64,000 bases of DNA from Podarcis pityusensis (lineage: Eukaryota). Position numbers and translations under genes: made by a program. Below are positions 59,553 through 64,000 of the stretch, piece after piece. Numbering within the stretch: position 1 is the stretch's first letter; each line of letters starts with the position of its first letter. The DNA is taken from NCBI GenBank assembly GCA_964106645.2, contig OZ067038.1; one strand, 5' to 3'. Below the pieces are notes generated by a model that saw only the letters and a list, made by a program, of their open reading frames with translations, was not told the DNA's origin and ran no database searches.

Positions 59553-62500
59553 GCTTCATTCTGCACCAACCTGTAGCTTTTCCCAACAAGCAACATTCAT
59601 CAGCGCTTGGCTGAACACTGGGCAGGAGGCCTGTGGCTGTGGCTATTGTCACAGATTCAAAATTCTAACTTTAAAAGTGAGGAGCAATGAAGAACACCAT
59701 GACAGGTTTCCTATTGGATTTCTATGGGTCAGCGTACGGCTGTCTCAATTCACCTGGAGACAATTCTTGGGCAGAGCCACAGACTCCTTGACAAAATAAT
59801 ATATTTAATAGCATTGCTCATGGGGACTAATTTAGACCATTTCCTCGATGTATTTCTCCCTCTGATCTCTCTCTTCCTCTGCCTAACTTACCTGGTGGGT
59901 TACTCCCCCCAATAAATTGGCAAGAGATATGCCCCAAGAGATGATATCCCTGCTGTGAAATAAGCAGCACCACTTTGTAACTTGTGCGGTACTGTATTTC
60001 TTGTGCCCCCACACGTTAATTCGCATATAGAGGTTGTGCACCAGAGGAGGGCTGGGAGGGAGAGAGGGAAGAGGCACATACCCTTCTCTCCTCCTACAGT
60101 GATGTTATACCTATATCCATCATGCCACCCCATCCATCCTTAAGCTCTGGAGGGTTTTGTCTGCACATGCAAAATTCCACTAGAAGAGGGTTGATATCAA
60201 TAGTGGGGACAGAGGATGGGATAGAACCTTCCTCCTATCATAGCTAAGGCCAAAGGGCTAAAAAAAACTGGACCATTCCCATCATACCTGAACAATGATG
60301 ATAGATCAGCTTGGCTTGGCAATTTTTAAAAATATCCTCAAAAAAAAGAAAACAGCAGCAGGTTCATTTTGTCTCCTATACCCTTTTGAAACGTGGCTTT
60401 TTTGGGGGAGGTGTTATTAGGTTATTGTACTTATTTTGATTTTATATATTGTGATCTTTTCTGTGAACCGCCCTGAGACCTCTGGGTATAGGGTGGTATA
60501 TAAATTCACTCAATCAATCAATACAGAAATGGCTTGTGATGTTTCATAACGGGAGTAGAGAGACGAGTGCCTGGGACAGCCAATGTTGGTGGCTCCATGG
60601 GCAAGCGCTGCCCTGCTCCTCCTAGACAGCCTCTCCCTGGCTTCCAGCCCTGACCCCCCCCCCCACTTACAATGCCATTACGGTTGGCATCCCACAGCAG
60701 CATGGTGCCATCGCTGGCTGCTGGGCTGTTGAGGTAGAGCACCAGCGAGTCGGCGCAGTGTAGGCTCCTGCAGACCAGGGCCAGGTGGGAGCGAATGGCC
60801 AGCTTCTCGGTGGCTGGGTGCACGTCGCCCATCTCCACAGTCACTGTCCGGAAAAGAAGAGGGAGAGAGGGATCTGCTAATCCCATGTCCCACAAGCCTG
60901 TCTCCTCCCTCCAACCCACTCCAGTCTTGTACACCAAAGCAGCAGTCCCCCCTCCCACAGATCACCCAAAAACCATTGGTCTTGGCACACCACTTAATGT
61001 TTTTTTCTCCCTGTTGTACCAATTAGAATATACCATGCTAGATGCTGCCTGATTTTTCAAGTTGTATTCCGAGTCCTCCTTATACGTGTTTTATTGCGTT
61101 CTGTCGATTCAAATTGTAATGTAATAAAACGCAAGGAAAGAAAAATGAAGAAGCATGAAAATACAATTGAGTATTTAATGCGAACCACCTGAAAGCAGCT
61201 TGACCACAGTTTGGGAACACCTTCCCCGTGGCATCCTCATTCCTCCTACCGCCACTTGCTCCCTGCCACCACATCCTGCTCATCTGGGAAGGGGCCAGAG
61301 TTGGGAGCAGCATGGGAATATTTGCTAGGCTCCCTCATTAGCCCACTCTGCAAAATGCCCCACAAGTGGTTTGGTCCATGCCGTGCAGGCCTGTAATTTT
61401 TGCAGGGACGTGTAACCCAAAGGCGAGATTTCCCCAGGGCTAGATTACTTATGCATTCACACCCAGCATTTTCTCAAGTGGGATGGACAAGTAGGGTGAC
61501 ACTCTGAAATGCAATACACCCCCCCCCCAATGCAGAACCTTGGTAGCAGGGAGAAGGAAGTGCCAGGAACAGAGTCTTGCCTCTGAAGAGCAGCTCATGG
61601 CGTCCCGACACCCCTGAGTAGGGCTGGGGGGATATATTGATATATCATTTAAAACCAGTTTCTGGCCCCATTGTGATAACTGTTTCAAAATAAATGACCC
61701 GGCAATATATCATGAATTACATGTGTACGTGAGTGTACGTATCATGCAAAAATCACAATATTGGAAAAACCAGGAAACCACCCAGTGCTCCTGTGTCTCC
61801 CTGAGTTGAATGAGCAGATGCTCTTCCCTCCCTTTTCTCTCTCTCTCTCTGTGTCTGTGCCTGTGCCTGTGCCTGGAAGCAGCCAGCAGAAAGCACAGTT
61901 TTGTGAAGCTAGCTGATGCTGAAATTTAAGGAAGTCCCTCCAGCTCGAGTGAGCAGGAGCGGCATTGGGACTTGCTCAGCTGTAGGGCCGGGCAAAGTAT
62001 CTCGACTTATCTCCTCCTTCCTCCTTATTTTAGACATCATGAGATATCAGTCTATCACAATATTTAGCTGGTGATATATCACAATGTTGAAAACCAGGTT
62101 ATCGCCCAGCCCTACCTATGGGCACTGAAAAGTCACCCCCCCCAAGGAAACCAAGAGCCCCATCCCACCCTTGCAGCCGACAGCTAGCTCTCTTTCGTGC
62201 TGGTACCTGAGGCCTGCCCCTCGCTCGCGAAGAAGGCCTTAATGTGCTCTTGGCGGAAGCCGTTGCGTCGAAGCATCTGGTAGAAGAGCAGCAGGTTCTG
62301 CGCATGGCGGGGGTAGGTGACCTGCTCCTGCCAGCCACCTGGGGGAGAAGCACGGTAAGCAATCCAGGGGGAAAAACATGGTGGAGGAGAGGCTGAAGCT
62401 GGTTGCAAGGGGCATAGGAGCACTAACACTGCCCCTCAAGGAGAAAAGGGGCCCCTTAAGCTCATGCCCAGTAGAACAAAGCTGTCGCTCAGTAGCAGAG

Positions 62501-63180
62501 CATGTACTTGCACACAGAAAGGGCCGGGTTCAATCCTCGGCATCTCCAGATAAGGTTGGGCATGTCCGCTGTCTGAAGCCTTGGAGAGCCACTGCCAATC
62601 AGAGTGGCCAATACTCAGCTAGGTGGACCAATGGGCTGACGCAGCACAAGGCTGAGCCTCCAATCAGATTCACCCTCATCTATCCGCTGGCCAAATGCAA
62701 TGGCTTGCAGTGGTGTGTGGTCAGTGGACTGGGGGACTAGGCTAGTCCCCTAAATGTCCCCGCTAAATTAGACTATTGAAGTATTAAAGTCTGGAGCTTC
62801 CTTCCCAAAGCCCAGGAAGCTTCTGCCATCTTAGGGAGGGAGGCGCGATGCTCTCTCTCACACAATATCGCCCCCTCCCGCTATCGCCCTCACAAGCTGG
62901 TGCCTCTGGCCCTAACTGTTACCTTAGGAAAAAAATCACCTCACACCGCTGATGGCTTCAGATTCCCAGAACCAGCAGCTCCTCGCAGCCCCCAGGCACC
63001 ACTTCTCACCTGCAATCAGCACAGCATGGTCACATGTCTGGTACATGCGGCAAGACTTGTACAGCGGAAGCTGCTGCCGGTGGCATCGCCGCGTGTTCTT
63101 GTTGAGTTCGCAGTAAGCGGCTGTGGAGCTAGAGCTCGCAAGGGGCAGGGGCTCCGGGCAGGGGCTGTATCCACGGAGAT
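57108..63180 (-). CDS. Uncharacterised Cys-rich protein with a legumain/GPI8 (peptidase C13, caspase-fold)-like domain lacking the catalytic dyad; last 5 exons, 5' end beyond the window
   Basis: Exons 63010-63180, 62207-62338, 60671-60843, 58476-58742, 57108-57305; all GT-AG, phases 1,1,1,0,0; open frame of ~313 codons to TGA; motifs AVLIAGG..YPRH..FYQMLRRNGF, LVLYLNSP, LLFLDQSYPG. Confidence 0.88.
58476..58742 (-). CDS. C13-like gene exon
   Basis: caacag|GCA...CCG|gtaagt; ADPKERYPISELLADLESCNARRVLLFLDQSYPG. Confidence 0.85.
59517..59549. repeat. (CTG)11 trinucleotide repeat, intronic
   Basis: Direct observation. Confidence 0.95.
60671..60843 (-). CDS. C13-like gene exon
   Basis: gacag|TG...ATT|gtaagt; HPATEKLAIRSHL...DSLVLYLNSPAASDGTMLLWDANRNGI. 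Confidence 0.85.
61619..62114. mobile_element. Non-autonomous DNA transposon (hAT-like)
   Basis: TIRs TAGGGCTGGGGGGATA / TATCGCCCAGCCCTA; TSD poorly preserved. Confidence 0.6.
62207..62338 (-). CDS. C13-like gene exon
   Basis: ccccag|GT...TCA G|gtacca; GWQEQVTYPRHAQNLLLFYQMLRRNGFRQEHIKAFF. Confidence 0.85.
62480..62655 (+). mobile_element. tRNA-derived SINE; related copies ~52180-52310 and ~58255-58410
   Basis: GCTCAGTAGCAGAGCA...GGTTCAATCC head followed by GGAGAGCCACTGCCA body. Confidence 0.7.
63010..63180 (-). CDS. C13-like gene exon (Cys-rich segment plus first core strand)
   Basis: ttcccag|AT...GCA G|gtgaga; LRGYSPCPEP...CELNKNTRRC...SCRMYQTCDHAVLIA. Confidence 0.85.
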
Positions 63181-64000
63181 CTGGGAAAGAAAAGGAAGTG
63201 TAGCAGGAAGGCAGGAGGTGAAAGAATCTCAGGCCCATGGAGCAGACCCTGACAGACACTTGAACTGTCATGGGGGCCCCTTCACAACGAGGTCTGGGTA
63301 ACCACTGTTATCATCTGCAATGGGGTCATTCCACAACAGATTGCCACACCTTTACAACATCTGCGCTACGGACTCTCAGACCTTGGGATTATTGAAATAT
63401 AGATAACAAAAAATGAATCCACTCATATGGGGTCTAAGAGACCCATTATTTTTTTAAGTGATGGAGACGGAAGTTACTTCTGGGGCGCTGCCAGGATTCG
63501 AGGCCCTGAAGCTCAAACTTCATTAGTTTCAAAGTAGATCCACCTCTGGACACAGGAAATAAGAAAATGATTGGTGAGTTGAGGTGCCCTAGGCCAAGGG
63601 CAAACTTGGGACAATTAAGTTCTAGTTCTGTGGTGCTCCCTTCCAGCTGAGATTCCAACACCTATTGAAGACCTTTTCTGTTCCAGCAGGCACTTTAAGA
63701 AAGTTTTCTGCTTTTTTACAGTTTTAACTGATTAGTGTATCTTTTTAACCTTACTGTACACCGCTTAGGGACTAAGGTGTTAAGCGGTAGAAAAACGGTT
63801 GAAATAAATAAATAATTTAAAAAAAGGTGGTCACATTGTTCTTCCCCTTCCCATTTTGTCCTCACAACCAGGTAGGTTAGGCTGAGAGACAGTGACTGGC
63901 CCAAGGTGCCAGATATGAGCTTCAAGGTGAGTGGGGATTTGAACCTTGGTCTCCCAGGTCCTAACCAGGCAATCTAACCACTGCGCCAGACTGTCATCTA

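Noticed and set aside
59161-59799. 212-aa ORF with poly-Cys (metallothionein-like?)
   Set aside because: The poly-Cys is the (CTG)n microsatellite; antisense within an intron, no supporting gene structure
62480-62560. tRNA genes (also ~29690, ~52180, ~58260, ~63920)
   Set aside because: Degenerate tRNA-derived SINE heads continuous with SINE bodies; no intact cloverleaf
57108-63180. Identification of the - strand gene as ZFAND2B, LGMN or PIGK
   Set aside because: No AN1 zinc fingers or UIMs; too divergent from legumain/PIGK and lacks the His-Cys dyad. An intact frame and splice sites argue against a decayed pseudogene

Overview
This is eukaryotic genomic DNA, almost certainly a squamate reptile (probably a lacertid lizard; inferred from Sauria-type SINEs and the hAT/Tc1 MITE set). 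The gene order matches the vertebrate ANKZF1-ATG9A-ABCB6 block. From left to right: (1) the 5' part of ANKZF1 on the - strand, sharing a bidirectional CpG-island promoter (~6.1-7.1 kb) with ATG9A; (2) a complete ATG9A (+, 14 coding exons, 850 aa) containing an AT-AC U12-type intron; (3) a complete ABCB6 (+, 19 coding exons, 894 aa) with a long Glu/Gly-rich C-terminal tail; (4) converging on ABCB6, the last five exons of an uncharacterised - strand gene. That gene's spliced product looks like a legumain/GPI8 (peptidase C13, caspase-fold) domain in which both catalytic residues are replaced (His->Pro, Cys->Ser), with an EF-hand-like DxNxNG loop formed across a splice junction. It is the best candidate for an undescribed system. 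Other points of interest are a young Penelope-like insertion in an ANKZF1 intron (perfect 61-bp hairpin carrying a minimal hammerhead ribozyme), a uORF-rich ATG9A leader, and a relocated ABCB6 glycosylation site. Exon boundaries were read by eye and checked for phase consistency. Homology calls rest on remembered family sequences, not database searches.
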